From Tricharina praecox (Eukaryota), in assembly GCF_024521635.1 (NCBI RefSeq), contig NW_026250415.1:620001-684000 (forward strand): DNA of 64,000 nucleotides, written 5' to 3'. Numbering within the stretch: the first letter of the stretch is position 1; the number at the start of each line of letters is the position of its first letter. Below the pieces are notes generated by a model. The model did no database searches. It had not been told where the DNA came from and was given only the letters and a program-made list of their open reading frames with translations. Below, in pieces: positions 17,179 to 31,034 of the stretch. The translations under genes were made by a program, and so were the position numbers.

Positions 17179-20100
17179 ATGTCGTTCACCAATCGACAAT
17201 CAATCTACTCGACGACGTCGGCAGCACCATATGGCGGCATGGCTGCGAACCAGACCTTGACGACATCTTCGCTTCTTTCAGCCCTTCACAATGCTTACCT
17301 CTCGTGTTCAGTCTATTCCCTGGATGCGGCAACATCCGTGGTCGTGAACTCCGGCTCGGGCAGGGCGGCCGTACACTCGACGGGAGTCTTCGATGAGGAG
17401 TTGGGGATGCGAGCTTGGGAACATGCACGGCGGAGAGCTGAGGACCAGACTATCGTGTTGACGTACGTGAAGATTGGCCCCCCAGATGACCGACCTGGAA
17501 GCTAGCCAGGTGCCGGAAATCTCATGATTGTTTGACCCCCCGCTGATGAGGAATTCTTTAGGTCTTTGCATGCGCTCTCGCCGTCTCTCCTTTTGCCGAT
17601 GCTCTCTACGCTGCCCGCAGCACCCGATCTCCTCAATACCTGTTTGAGCTTGATCAGTGCATTCACAAATGCCCTGACCCCGGAATGCCCATACTCCGTT
17701 CCTTATCACCGCGGTCTCGCAGTCTCGGTGCAGATTTCGCTCTCGGGCGCGATCTCCGGCGCTCACATCTCACTCTCGGACGCGGGCCTTGACACTGAGA
17801 ATGGTCTTCTCCACATCCCTTCGACGGCAGGTTACCGGGCGTTCGACGTATTCTACTACCTCCTTTCGGCTGTGTCCACGCCGGCCGAGAGGCAGGGTCT
17901 CGGATTGCAGTCAGCAGACCAGTACACTATGCTCGCACGGAGCAATACCTACACACTCCCTAGTTATCTTCCCACAGCCGATGATTCAGCTGCGGCGGAA
18001 GACTGGAGGGCCAATTTGAGAGCCATCGGAATCAAGGGCGGAATGCTGCGTGGCTTGTTGTCCGTTCTGGCCGGTATTCTCAAACTTGGCAACTCGGTTG
18101 GTCTGCTGGTCGACGAAGAGGTGGTGGAGGAGGTGTGTAGTGACGTCTCCGGCCTCCTCGGGCTCGATCCGGAAGTGTTGGCAAAGAGGATGGGCGACTC
18201 CGAACGCGAGCTTCTCATCAGCACCATATATGAGCTCGTAGTAGAGTGGGTGATCGCCAAGGCTAACGAAGCGATTTCTACCGATTTCGCCGCGAGAAAA
18301 GACGCGGATTCCAACGCCGACGGTAGCCAGGAGGGCGATACCGTGCAGATCACCGTTTTGGAGTTGCCCGCTGAGAAACTGGCCAAAGCCGTCTGTCTGA
18401 AGGGCGTCTTTGACGACGAGAGCGGTCTCAACATCGAGATGAAGGCTGACGGCGTCGATGTTCCCAACGTTGGCAGCACGATCCTTCGGGAAATGAAGGC
18501 GGCTTGGAGCGACGCCGAGACAACTTGTTTGGTTGGTATGAGCCGGGAACGCGAGTACGAAAACGACCGGAGAGATCAGATCATCGAGAAGGCCGGCCGA
18601 GAAGTAGAGGACGGCGGATTTCTCAAGGAGGTCTTGTTCCCTGCCGAATTCGGGCGATCGTCTGCAACCGTGCGTCTGGATGTCTCGCAGTTGCTGGCCG
18701 CCAGCAGAGCGTGGTACCATCTCAATATTTCCCCAACAGCCGGTGTCCCTCTTACAGATGACCTGCATACGCAGAGTCAGCCTTGGTCTGCCGCTGCTGT
18801 GAGTCGACAGTTGAGAGGCTGGAGACTGCCTGAATGGGCCAACCGCCGCAGCAAACGGCTGGATTTCACTGCGGATTTCGACTTTGACGAGTTTGCCGTG
18901 CGTTATGCCATCCTGGGCTGCTCCGGTGGACGAGACGGTGTTGAGAGCTGGGTGCTCGAACGAGGTTGGAGCAATGGGGAAGTCGTGGTTGGCAACGAGC
19001 GTGTGTGGATGCGCGAGCCTTGCTGGTGGGAGGCGGAGAACATGCTGGATATCAAACAGCCTGGTGTGATGCCTGGGATGATGGGTATGGGCGCTGTGCC
19101 TATGGCCATGGACACCGGATACACCACAAACACCAACGGAAGCGGCTACTTTGCGCCTATGGGTGCCCAGGCGTACGACCAGGCGGCGTCTAGAGAGAAT
19201 CTGCTTCGCCAGAGCACCATGAGCGGCTTCCCGGCTGGTACTTCGCCGTCACCTCAACCGGGCCAGGAGCAGAATAGGGGACTTGGCGCAAAGTACGAAA
19301 CCAACAATTATACTGCTCCTGGGGACATCGAGTTGGGCGACAAGACCAAGATCGAGGAACATACGGTCACGACATCGCGTAAGTTGTGGGTCGGCTTCGT
19401 ATGGGCCATGACGTTCTGGATTCCTAGCTTCCTGCTGAGATATGTCGGTCGGATGAAGCGTCCCGACGTGCGAATGGCGTGGCGAGAAAAGCTTGTTCTC
19501 GTCTGGCTGATCTTCTTCATGAACGCTTTCATCATCTTCTGGATCGTCGTATTTGCGCGACTTATTTGCCCCAACATCGATAAAGCCTGGTCTCGCGATA
19601 ATGTCGCCCGTCATCAAGGTGAAAACGATTTCTGGGTGAGCATCCGCGGCAATGTGTACGATATTACGGACTTTTGGTCTCTCCAGCACAGCGATATCAC
19701 TGGACAGGATACAACGAAGGATGTCATGATCGAGTTTGCGGGATTGGATCTTACTCCGTACTTCCCGGCTCCGTTCTATCTTGGATGTCCGGAACTCGTT
19801 ACCAACAAGCGCTTCACATTGCAGTACAACGACACTACGGCACAGTCGTCTTCCCAGGCTGTCCACAGCTCCGGAGAAGTAAGCCCGTACATTAAGAGTG
19901 CGTTGGCCTCGGAAGACTGGTATTCACAGAAATTCCTTCCCAGGATTAAAGAATACTGGACCGGAGATCTCGTATGGGATAAAGATGATGTCAAGTCGCA
20001 AGGTGTCGCCGATAACAAACCGTGGGGAATTATCAACGGTGAGATCTTTGATCTGACCGACTACTTCTACACGGCCGATAGGTTCGGAGATCTCGCCGAA

Positions 20101-22647
20101 TACCGCTTCTTAGACAGCAAGCTGGAGGAAATCTTCCAGCAGAACCCTGGTTCCGACCTCACGGACTTATACAACAAGCAACTCAATGCCACCACCAAGA
20201 GGACGAACATGCGATGCATGAAGAACATGTTCTACGTTGGAATCGTCGACTTCCGGTATGGCGCCAAGTGTCAAGCCAGTGGTTACGTCCTCCTCGGTTT
20301 TGCCGTTTTGATGTGTAGTGTCATCGTAGTCAAGTTTTTGGCCGCACTTCAGCTCGGAACTAAGCGTCGCCCTGCGCAGCAGGACAAGTTCGTCATCTGC
20401 CAGGTTCCTGCGTACACTGAGGGAGAGGACCAGCTGCGCAAGGCACTGGATTCCTTGACTGCTCTGAACTACGACAACAAACGGAAACTCCTGTTCGTCA
20501 TTTGCGACGGTATTGTCGTCGGAGGTGGAAACGACAGGCCCACACCCAACATCGTGCTCGAGATTCTCGGTGTCGACCCAAAGATTGATCCTCCGGCGCT
20601 TCCTTTCAAGAGTGTCGGTGAGGGTAATGCTCAACTCAACTACGGAAAGGTCTACTCGGGATTGTACGAATTCGAGGGTTGCGTTGTCCCGTACATCGTT
20701 GTCGTCAAGTGTGGCAAGCCATCCGAGACTTCGAAGCCCGGTAACAGAGGAAAGCGTGACTCCCAGGTCCTCGTGTTGGACTTCTTGAACAAAGTCCACC
20801 ACCGCACTCCCATGTCTCCCCTCCAGCTGGAAATGTTCCACCAGATCAACAACATCATCGGTGTCGACCCGGAGCTGTACGAATACATTCTCATGGTTGA
20901 CGCTGATACCAGTGTCAAGGAGGACGCCCTCAACCGTCTCGTCGCTGCATGCGCTCACGACGCGAAGATCGCCGGTATCTGTGGTGAAACCAGTTTGGAG
21001 AACGAGGAACGCTCTTGGTGGACTATGATTCAGGTCTACGAGTACTACATCTCGCATCATCTGTCCAAAGCTTTCGAGTCTCTCTTTGGTTCCGTCACTT
21101 GTTTGCCCGGTTGGTATGTAGTCAGTTCGGATGCCCCTTCGTCGACGTTATGCTAATATGATTTTTAGTTTCTCCATGTACCGTCTGCGAACTGCGGATA
21201 AGGGTCGTCCTTTGATCATTGCCTCCAAGGTCATCGAGGAGTACTCCGACGGAGTCGTCGATACCCTGCACAAGAAGAACCTTCTGTCACTCGGTGAGGA
21301 TCGTTACCTGACGACTCTCATGACCAAGCACTTCCCGTACATGAGCTTCAAGTTCATTCCCGATGCCTATGCCATGACTGCCGCACCAGAGAGTTGGAGC
21401 GTTCTGTTGTCCCAGAGACGTCGCTGGATTAACTCGACCGTTCACAACTTGGCTGAGCTGATGTTCCTCGAGGAGATGTGCGGTTTCTGTCTCTTCTCGA
21501 TGAGATTCGTCGTGTTCCTCGATCTCTTCGGTACCATCATTCTTCCGGCCACCTGTGTGTACATTGGTTACCTCATCTATGTCATCATCAGCAAAACCGG
21601 GCCCTTCCCGTACCTGTCGTTGGCTATGCTTGGAGGTGTGTACGGTCTACAGGCGATTATCTTCATCATCAAACGCCAATGGCAGCACGTCGGATGGATG
21701 ATCATCTACCTCCTCGCATTCCCGATTTACGCTTTCGTCCTTCCGGTCTACTCCTTCTGGGCTCAGGACGATTTCTCGTGGGGAAGCACGCGTATTGTCG
21801 TTGGAGAATCGGGCAATAAAAAGGTTGTCGCAACGACCGAAGAGTCTTTCGATCCTCGGAGCATTCCTCTCCAGAGCTGGGATGAGTACGCGGCTACGAA
21901 CAAGCTCCCCGGCCGTCGCGGTGCACCAACCGAGAAGTACGGAGACGCTGGTGGGTACGATTACGAGATGGACGACATGCACTCCGTGTATTCTTCGGCC
22001 AAGCCGGCATCCACGATCCTCACTGGCCTTCCTAACATGAGCGGCCAGCCATACATCGCCCCGCGCTCTCCGGCACCCTTCGCGACCAACCGCCATTCCA
22101 CCTACTCCGCGTACACCGGCATGACCGGCCAGGGCGGCCTCGGAGGCGACCACGGACACCCGCAGCAGCAGCGCCTGATGTCGATGGGTGGGATGAGCAC
22201 TGGCGACTACTGGCAAGACGGTAATCAACAGCAGCACCGCCCCAGCCCGCTCGCGCTATCCACCGGAATGCCTAGCACCGACAACCTGCTGAACGTGCAG
22301 ACGCCGCCTCCTCGCGCGCATTCCACCACACCACTGGGCTTCTCGTCGCAGAGCCGTCCCGTCAGCCAGATGGACTTCATGCGCGTTGGTGGTGGTCCCG
22401 ATGACGAGAGCATCGTCGACGCTATCCGCTATGTCCTCCGTGATGTCGATTTGGACACTATCACCAAGAAGCAAGGTATGTTTTGATTCACACCCTTCAC
22501 TGTTTGATATTCGATAGATACTAATGTTATTATTCGTGTAAAGTGAGAGCCCTCGTCGAACAGAGACTGCAGACGGAATGCCAGGGCGAGCGTCGCTCGT
22601 TCCTAGACCGCATGATCGATGCCGAGCTGGCCAACATGCCGATGTAA
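17179..22647 (+). CDS. csmB: Class VII chitin synthase with degenerate myosin-like domain (CsmB/ChsVb type); introns near 17463-17561, 21114-21168, 22476-22543
   Basis: [12 protein letters not shown]-terminus, no P-loop in the myosin-like domain, cytochrome b5-like domain, GKRDSQ, GEDRYL, QRRRW and a DEK_C-like C-terminus; divergent from the class V gene. Confidence 0.94.
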
Positions 22648-24666
22648 TTCGCACGATCAACGGATGTGCTTGGGGATGGGGGGTTTTACTTTCGGTTGGG
22701 GTAAGGGGGAGGGGTTTAATGTTACTTGTATTCTTAATCAGGATGGGAGATGAAGACGAAAACGTCGAACGCGGTGGGGGTGCATGCCATATGGAAAGGG
22801 AGGTGGGGCTTTAAACGGAGTTTTTTTTTCATTTCTTTCTTTCCCTATCAAGTTTGAGCTTTTGATTGATGTCTGAAGGGTTAAATGAGCATTGTATTTT
22901 GTCTGTATGTCTGCCTGTCTGTCTGTATGCCTCTATCGTCGTTTATCGCTGAGTTAAGTTGAGTTGTGAGTTTTGGATTGGATTGGACGAGCTTGCGGAG
23001 AGGGGAGGGGAGGGGATCTGGGGGATCTGTAGACTACTTTTGTAACTTGTTATGGACGGAGGTAGGTATTTGAGTATCTTGAATCTTGAATCATTTTCTC
23101 TCACTTGCTTGCCGTGTCATCCGTCGATGTTGTACCACCCTTGATTATTGAATTAACTTGAAGATCTCTCTTATTATTGCGAGGTGGTGGTGGGACGTGG
23201 GGCGTGTGTATGTCTCGCGGCACTGCGGCAGTCGGTCGGAATTCGGGAGTGGAGTGGTGTTACATATGTCCATTCATGGAGGATGGAGGTGTAGATCTTA
23301 TCTTGCCGCTGGTACTCGAGAGACTCGCGCCAGCTGAGCGCCGGAGGAGCGCCACAGCCGTACACATCAGTTACTCATTAATCTGGTCGTCTGGGTCATC
23401 TGGGTCCGCGAGTCGCGACGACGCCCATCAGTTACCTTCTATTTTAAATCTTCACATAGAAACCCTGGAAGATTGTGATAGCTATTACTCTATTATAATA
23501 GAGTGCCGAATCTCCTATATATCCTCTTCGATTCATTCGCCTCTTTCAGTTGTTTTTATTGTCGCGACGGAAAGTATTGGCTGAGGTATGGGTTCAAGTT
23601 GTAAATTGTGGCTGGTGAATTAGCGTTTGTTGGACCATGGAATCATGGATGAGCTTCTACATCCTAGGTTGTAGACTTGCAGTTACTGGGTCCCAGGATA
23701 TCGGCCGAACCCCTTCCCTTCACCGGGCAGTATGATGTATGCATACCCTTCACCCAGGCGGTCCACTTTCCTTTCCCTTCCTATCCTTTCCTTTATGTAC
23801 TCTGTGTATGATAGGTAGTACGTCAATTCACTCTCTACCACGCGTCCTGACTCCTGCCAATCAATCACTCAATCACTCAATCAAAATCAATAATGGCAGC
23901 CCGTCCCTCCCCCCCCCCCCTTCCATTCCAGTACCGGATATCGGCACCCATCCGCGCAACTCTTCTCTTCCATTCCTCCCTGCTTGCTCCCTGCCTTCCT
24001 GTCGTCTATTCATTTCGCATGCAGCAAGCAGCAAGCAAGCAGCAAGCATGGCATGCAGGCCAAGATCTTGCAACTGTGGATGCAAGCTAGGCTAATGTAT
24101 GTAGAGTACGCAAATGTATGCTGCAATGTAAGGCGGCCGGTACGTGCCGGTAATCATGTCTCTACTCTACATTTCTTTGTGGGAGGGAGGTTTCTGGAGT
24201 TGGGGGGTAGGGGGAAGGGGGGAGGTTTTCTGGACGATTACTGGAAGCCTGAAGGAAGGGGGAGGGGAGAGAAGGTTGGTACCGTACGGTATGTATCTAC
24301 ATATGTGGGCCATGGACTGCACCGTGCACCGGACGGATCACCAAGCGATCGTCACGACTGGTCAGTGGTTAGTGGTCAGTGGTCGCTGCCGGGCGAACCG
24401 TAGAACCGTAGAGTGCAGTGCTTGCCGGTAACGTTGGTACTCTAGAGTGATATCGTACCGGGCCACGGAGTGAGGGACTACCACCCCAATGTGGTCTCGC
24501 TGGCTGGGGCTGGCTGGGGCCGTACTGGCGGGACTACCCGCTCAGGTTTTGGCTTGCAGCAGCAGGAGTAGAAGCAGCAGGAGTAGATATGTGAAGGTTA
24601 GAGATTCACAAGCTCGTGCTCAGACTGAGCTGGGTAGCTGGGCATCGCGAGGCACCGAGGGGCCCG

Positions 24667-24720
24667 AGAGAGAGATAGAGATAGAGATAGAGATAGAGAG
24701 GGAGAGATCATAGAGAGAGG
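24667..24720. repeat. (GAGATA)n/(GA)n microsatellite
   Basis: Directly visible. Confidence 0.8.
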
Positions 24721-25165
24721 AGCGAGATGCAATTGGTATGTCATACCCGGTTCCCGCGGGAGAGCTGGTCCGTCCGTCCAGAAAACTGGGCCATCTTTGG
24801 TGTGTGGTGGGGTTGGCCTAGAAGGAGGAGGAAGACGAGGAAACTTTGGGCGCGCGCCCATCGTGCCGACTTAACCGAGAAGCTCTCTCGCGCGCTAAAT
24901 CTATGATTTCCCTTTTGTGGGTCCGGACGGGCAACTCCATCACTAGTTCTGACGTGACAAAGTTCTCCTCTCTCCTTGAAGGAAGGAAGGAAAGAAGGTT
25001 ATAATGATGCGGTCCTCCCTCCCCCTCCCCTTGAATGGCGGACCTAGAGATGTCTGCAATACAATAACGTTAACGCCTTTATGATCCTAAAAGTTTTCTG
25101 CTTTTCCTACTTGACATCTGTGATTTGATTTGGATTTGGAGATTGAGATTGAGATTGAGGTTGAG

Positions 25166-27050
25166 ATGAGCGCCCCCAGGGACCTAGAAAATCTGGAGCA
25201 GGTATGCTCGCTGGATATACACCGAGTGCAGTCGAGTCGACTGCGGAATGAGGGTCTGCCCGAGGAGGACGAGCTCCGAGTCGGCATCGAGAGCAAGATT
25301 GAGGTCGACGAGGCCGCGCGAAAGCAACGGGTCATATCATTCTCGCCGGGAGATCCGGAGAATCCGCACAATTGGTCTTCGGTTCGTTTTTTTCTTCTCT
25401 TTCTGTCCCTCTCTTCGTTGCGTACGTTCTTGACTGACTGACTGACTGGTGGTATAGGGGAAGAAATGGTTCATCACAGCTTCGGGAATCCTCGCCGTGA
25501 CGAATAGCACCTTTGCGTCGTCGCTGCCGTCGGGGGCCCTGCCGTTTATCCAGAAGGATCTGGATGTTGAGCGCGTGGAAGTCGCGGTGCTGACCATCTC
25601 CGTCTTCCTGCTGGGTTATTTCTTTGGACCGATATTGTTTGCGCCGTATTCAGAGTGGGCCGGGAGGAGGACCGTCACGCTGGTCGCCTTTGGCTGGTTC
25701 GTCATTGGCAGCATTTGCTGCGCCGTTGCCCCGAATATCGAGGCACTGCTGGTGTTTAGGTTTCTCACTGGGATGGGCGCCAGCGCGCCGATGTCGGTGA
25801 CAGGTGGCGTGCTGGCAGATATCTGGCACGAGCCGGAGCAGAGAGGGAGAAGTACGTCCCTTCCTTCCATTTAACCTGATGTGCGAATCAGTGACTGACG
25901 GTGATCCAGCTATGGCCGTATTCTCGGCGGTTACGATGATAGGCCCCACCCTATCCCCCGTCATCGGCGGCTTCGTCTCCAACTCCCGACTGGGCTGGCG
26001 CATGGTCTTCTGGATAGAAGTGATCGTCTCGGCTCTCTCGTTCATCCCCTTAACCTTCTGTCCCGAGACATTCGCACCGATCCTGCTCCTGCGGAAAGCC
26101 CGCCGTCTCCGCTCGCAAGGCGCAACCGGCCTCATCGCGCCCCTCGAGCTCGAAGACCGCTCCTTCAAATCCTCGCTCAAAACCACGCTCTCGCGGCCGT
26201 TCCGCATGTTCTTCTTCGAGGCGGTGGTCCTGCTAGTCTCGATCTTCCTCAGCTTCGTCTACGGTGTATTCTACCTATTCTTTCAATCCTACCCACTGAT
26301 CTACGAGGGGATCTACCACTTCGGCCCTGGGATCTCGGGGCTCCCGTTCATCCCCGTCGGCGTGGGCGGGGGGCTCGCCTACTTCGCGGTACTGATCTGG
26401 GACGCGCACCTGCGCAAGCTGACGGCGCGGGGGGAGACGTTCTCGGCGGAGTACCGCCGGCTGCCGCTCGCGTGCATCGCGGGACCGATCTACGTAATCT
26501 CGATGTTCTGGCAGGCGTGGACAGTGCGCGCCGACATCCACTACCTCGTGCCGATTGCTGCGGGCGTCCCGTTCGGCTTCGCCTTCGCTCTATTGTTCAT
26601 CGCCCTGCTCAACTACATCACCGACTTCTACGAGATATATGCGGCTAGTGCACTCGCTGCTGCTAGCATGTGTCGATCACTATTTGGTGCCGCGTTTCCC
26701 CTGTTCGCGAAACATATGTATAAGGGAATGGGAATCAATTGGGCCTCTAGCTTTTTGGGAATGGTCGCCGCACTCCTGACAATTTGTCCGTTTCTGTTTA
26801 TCAAATATGGTATGTACTCCCCCCCCTACGAACTTGTTACCCCGAATCGGATCGGATGGCTAACGGAATTGGAATTGTAGGTGATGCGGTGCGCCGACGA
26901 TCGCGGTTCCACAGGTTTCTGCAGGAGCGGAAGGAGATGTTTGAGCTCCGGGAAAAAGAGGAGGGGGAGGAGGCGAGTACCGCTACTTCTAGGACTGAGC
27001 ATGAGGGTGCCGAGGAGATAAAGGATGATATCGAGAAGGAGGGGAAGTAA
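25166..27050 (+). CDS. MFS transporter, DHA1 (drug:H+ antiporter) family; three introns
   Basis: GDPENPHNWS start motif, GPILFAPYSEWAGRR (MFS motif A-like), ETFAPILL, RPFRMFFFE, EYRRLP and about 12 hydrophobic segments. Confidence 0.9.
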
Positions 27051-28558
27051 GAGGGGAGACGAAGTGGGTATGAGGGTTTTTCATTGAGGTGGAGTGGAGT
27101 GGGTTTTGGCATTGCATTGGGAAAATGGATTATGGTATTAGAATAGTAGCTCGGGGAGAGTAATGGTCATGTAGTCGTGTATAAAAGCATTGGGGGAGTG
27201 GATATAAACGGAATAATGAATTTGGATCTTATACATATGGAACTCGCGAGTCTTGAGGGTATGCATAGAGGGCGTCGGATGTATGTAGGTTCGGTGAGAC
27301 CCACGAATCGAAGCTACATATGGTTTCACGATACCCACAAGGGATATTCCTAACCAGCCGGCTAAATGACAAACCCGCAAGCCGGGCCTGGTGAAAGGAT
27401 CTATGTAGGAGATCATTCGTCCGGTTTCGCCTATGCTAGGAAGGAAGCCTGCCGAACCTTACATACCTCATACATGAGAAGAAGGGCTTCGGAAGCTTAT
27501 TTGTAAGTATAGATCCCGCTGAACTGCCGGCCGGCAATATAACCTACCTCATACGTAACTCTATTCCACCCAGCAGCATGCGTGAATTCCGCTGCTTCAG
27601 CCCAGTCTAGTCCAACCGTCAACGAGCAGACCTGGCGCTTGTCCACAACTAGGGACTCGGGAGCGAGCGAGCTGCGAACCATCGATACATATATCAGCAT
27701 CCGCTCGTGCGGGCCGCACCGTGTAGCCCGTGTGCAGCCCCCAAGACCCCAACATCAGCCTGAATGGTGCCGACCGATGCTCGGCCGGCACTCGCTCATT
27801 TTGTCCAGCGCTCCGGCCGACCGGACCCCGTAATCGGCTTTTGCAATAGCATTGCGACTATCCGCGAGCGGATATCGGCCCGGTGCCGGTGCCGGTGCAT
27901 TAACGGTCTGCAGTTATACATATGACCGGCACGCATGCCGCCCACGACCATGTATCTGAGTACCTACCCGGAAGCTTGTCATCGAATGCCATACATATCG
28001 GCTATTCTGCTGGGAGTGGGGGGGGGGGAGGGGGGGTGGTGGGGTTCCGTCCGGTCTGTCATATGCACTCGTATGTAGTGGGGGGAGGGCGCCACAAAGC
28101 TTCTAGTTAGTGTAAAGTCTAAACACACTGCTTCACTATTTATCTACGGTAGGGGACCTTCTAGGTAGTTTCCCCGCATTTCCCTGACCCCACAAGATCG
28201 GCACGGAATGCGGCCCTGGAAGTCCTAGAGGTTTACCCAGTATGCATAACGGTTTTATCCGCCAAAACTGACTGCGTGTGTAGTCCTCCCTCCCGTTTTG
28301 GAGATCCAATACCCACCCCGACCGTGTCCGGCGACGAAGGAGATGGCTGGGTTTAGCCTGAAGAGATGATCTTCGGCGGGAGGTGGGGGGAAGGGCGCGG
28401 GGAGGGATGAGATGGGGGAAGATGCGAGGGCAATATATATAGCTATAGAACGGATCTTTGCTGCGGACGTTGATTCTTGAGGAGGAAGGAAGAAACAGGT
28501 GTGGAATCGAAGCATAGCAACATATCAGCCAGCCAGTCATTCGAACATTCGAACAATC

Positions 28559-30172
28559 ATGTCGATTCTCAAGCTCGACGGTATCAAGATCGTGGACGAC
28601 AATGGGAAGGAGGTGCTTCTTCGCGGCGCCGGTCTGGGTGGATGGATGAACAGTTTGTCCCCAACTCCCCCTCCCCCGCGCCCCCCCCTCCGTGGCATGA
28701 ACTGAACTGACTCCCTCCCTCCAGTGGAGAACTTCATCACCGGCTACCCCGGGCGTGAATACCAGATCCGCGAAGCACTGGCAGAGGTGATCGGCGCCGA
28801 GAAGTCGCAATACTTCTTCGACCGGTTCCTGCACTACTACTTCACGGAGGCGGATGCGAAGTTCTACCACCAGCTGGGACTGAACTGCATCCGTGTGCCG
28901 TTTAACTACAGGCATTTCGAGGATGACATGAACCCAATGGTGATGAAGCCGGAGGGCTTCAAGTGGCTGGATCGCATTGTCAATCTGTGTGCTGAGCAGG
29001 GGATCTATACCATCCTGGATCTGCACACTGTGCCTGGAAGTTTGTGGCTGCCTTCCCCTGTGCTTGATGGTGGTGGTGAGTGCTGATTGAGGCATAGGTC
29101 AGAACGGTGATTGGCACTCCGACAGCGCCACACACGTCGCCGACTTCTGGCGGCACAAGCACTTCCAGGACCGAGCCGTGTGGCTGTGGGAGGAGCTTGC
29201 GACACACTACAAAGGCAACCCGTGGATCGCGGGGTACAATCCTCTCAACGAGCCGTGCGACCCGTTCAAGACGCGACTTCCCGCGTGGTACGACCGGGTG
29301 TACGCCGCGATCCGCGCCATCGACGCCGACCACCTAATCTTCCTCGACGGCAATACCTTCGCCTCCGATTTTAGCTGCTTCAACATCGAGACGTGCAAGA
29401 AGTGGATAGGTGTGGTGTACGCCTGCCATGATTATAGCAGATATGGGTTCCCGCTGTCGAAGGAGACGTATGTGGGCGACGATGAGCAGAAGCTGAGGGT
29501 CAAGAAGTCGTACCTCAAGAAGGTCGAGTGGATGAAGGAGAACAACCTCCCCATCTGGAATGGAGAGTTTGGGCCGGTGTATGCCCGCAGACAATATGAC
29601 GGCGATGCCACCGACGAGATCAATACCTCGCGTATCCAGCTGCTGAAGGACCAACTCGACGTCTACGATGAGGACAACATCAGCTGGAGTATCTGGCTGT
29701 ACAAGGACATCGGATACCAAGGTTTGTTTCCGCTCCCCCCACGGGGCATGTACATCCCCGCTGACCTCTCCATCCAGGCATGGTGTACGTCAACCCAGAG
29801 ACCAAGTACATGAAGATGTTCGAAAAGTTCCTTGCCAAAAAGTTCCGGACCGCGATCGACGCCTGGGGAGCCGACGAGTCGCACGTGAAGCACGCCTGGG
29901 GCCCGATGGAGAAATTCATTGCCGACAACGTCGAGCCTAAGTACCGCGGGCTGTACCCGTACCCCGTGTGGACATTCGAGAACCGCATCGGAAGGCTCTC
30001 CAGGAATATCCTCCTCGCCGAGTACATGGTCAAGGAGTGGGCGGATCACTTCGAGGGTATGGAGGAAAAGGAGCTGGATGAGATCGCACAGAGCTTCAGC
30101 TTTGAGAATTGTATTCTGCGCAAGGAGCTCAATAAGGTGCTCGTTGATCATAGGGGGATGCAGAAGGCGTAG
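28559..30172 (+). CDS. Glycoside hydrolase family 5, no signal peptide (probably intracellular, GH5_22-like); introns 28653-28724, 29040-29097, 29722-29777
   Basis: LRGAGLGGWMNMENFITGYPG, GLNCIRVPF, ILDLH, acid/base NEP, HDY and nucleophile GEFG motifs. Confidence 0.9.
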
Positions 30173-31034
30173 AGCTGGGATGGGGAATGGATCGGTTGGA
30201 CTGTGGGTTTTCGTACGGCTATTCTTTGTATGTAAGCTCTTGTAGGAATTGAGATGTCTTTGGAGTTGCACCTTCGCTTGCTGGAAAACAGCGCTTTCTC
30301 CACACAGCCACTTCACACGCGATCACCCGTCATTTGTCTTGTCACTCTGTTGTGGCGGTTGAGACTCAACGAGTTCCACTGATGTGGGCAGACAAATCAC
30401 AGAGACTGGCGTGGAAGATGCAGCAAGTGAGGTGTCCGAGTGGGAGCTCAGGGAGCGGGAAGAAAGGGAAGCAGAGCTGAGGCGAGAAGAGAGTGCTGAG
30501 GTTGAGGAGCCGATGTCACTCTCGCTGTTCCTTCCCACACATTCCTTCATAGAATCTCCTGGTGAAGAGGAAGGAGACAAGGCGGAGTAGGGAGAGGGGC
30601 GAAAGTTGTCTTTTACTGGTTTCATCCTTGGTGAGCTCTGTTGTTATTGCTGGGACAGGCTGGAGCGGAGGGTAGGGAAAGACACACCGGGCCGCTCGAT
30701 GAAAGTCAAAGTGAACAGCGGTGTGAAACCGGATCGTGTATGTACTGATCAATCAAAACAAAAGGAGGCTCTACAAGTAGCATGTCAGTTTCAATGGCGG
30801 GTGGACTCAAAAGAGAGTAGCGGGGGGACAAGAGCGGTAGCTACCCCTACCTGTTTCCATCCTTCTTGGGCTTCCCGGACGTCAAACATCCAGCCCTGCC
30901 TTCGACCACGTCCCCGGAAAATCTCTCCCTCTCTTTCCTCCTTTCTCTCTCCTCTATCCCACCTCCCCATCGCATCTCCCCATCACACACCTCAATTCCA
31001 CACCTCAATCCCGCCATCAAGAATTCTCTTCAAG

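Noticed and set aside
30323..30780. Possible small Ser-rich minus-strand gene divergent from the orphan repeat gene
   Set aside because: Low complexity, no homology I recognise and no convincing splice structure; cannot be supported without transcripts.
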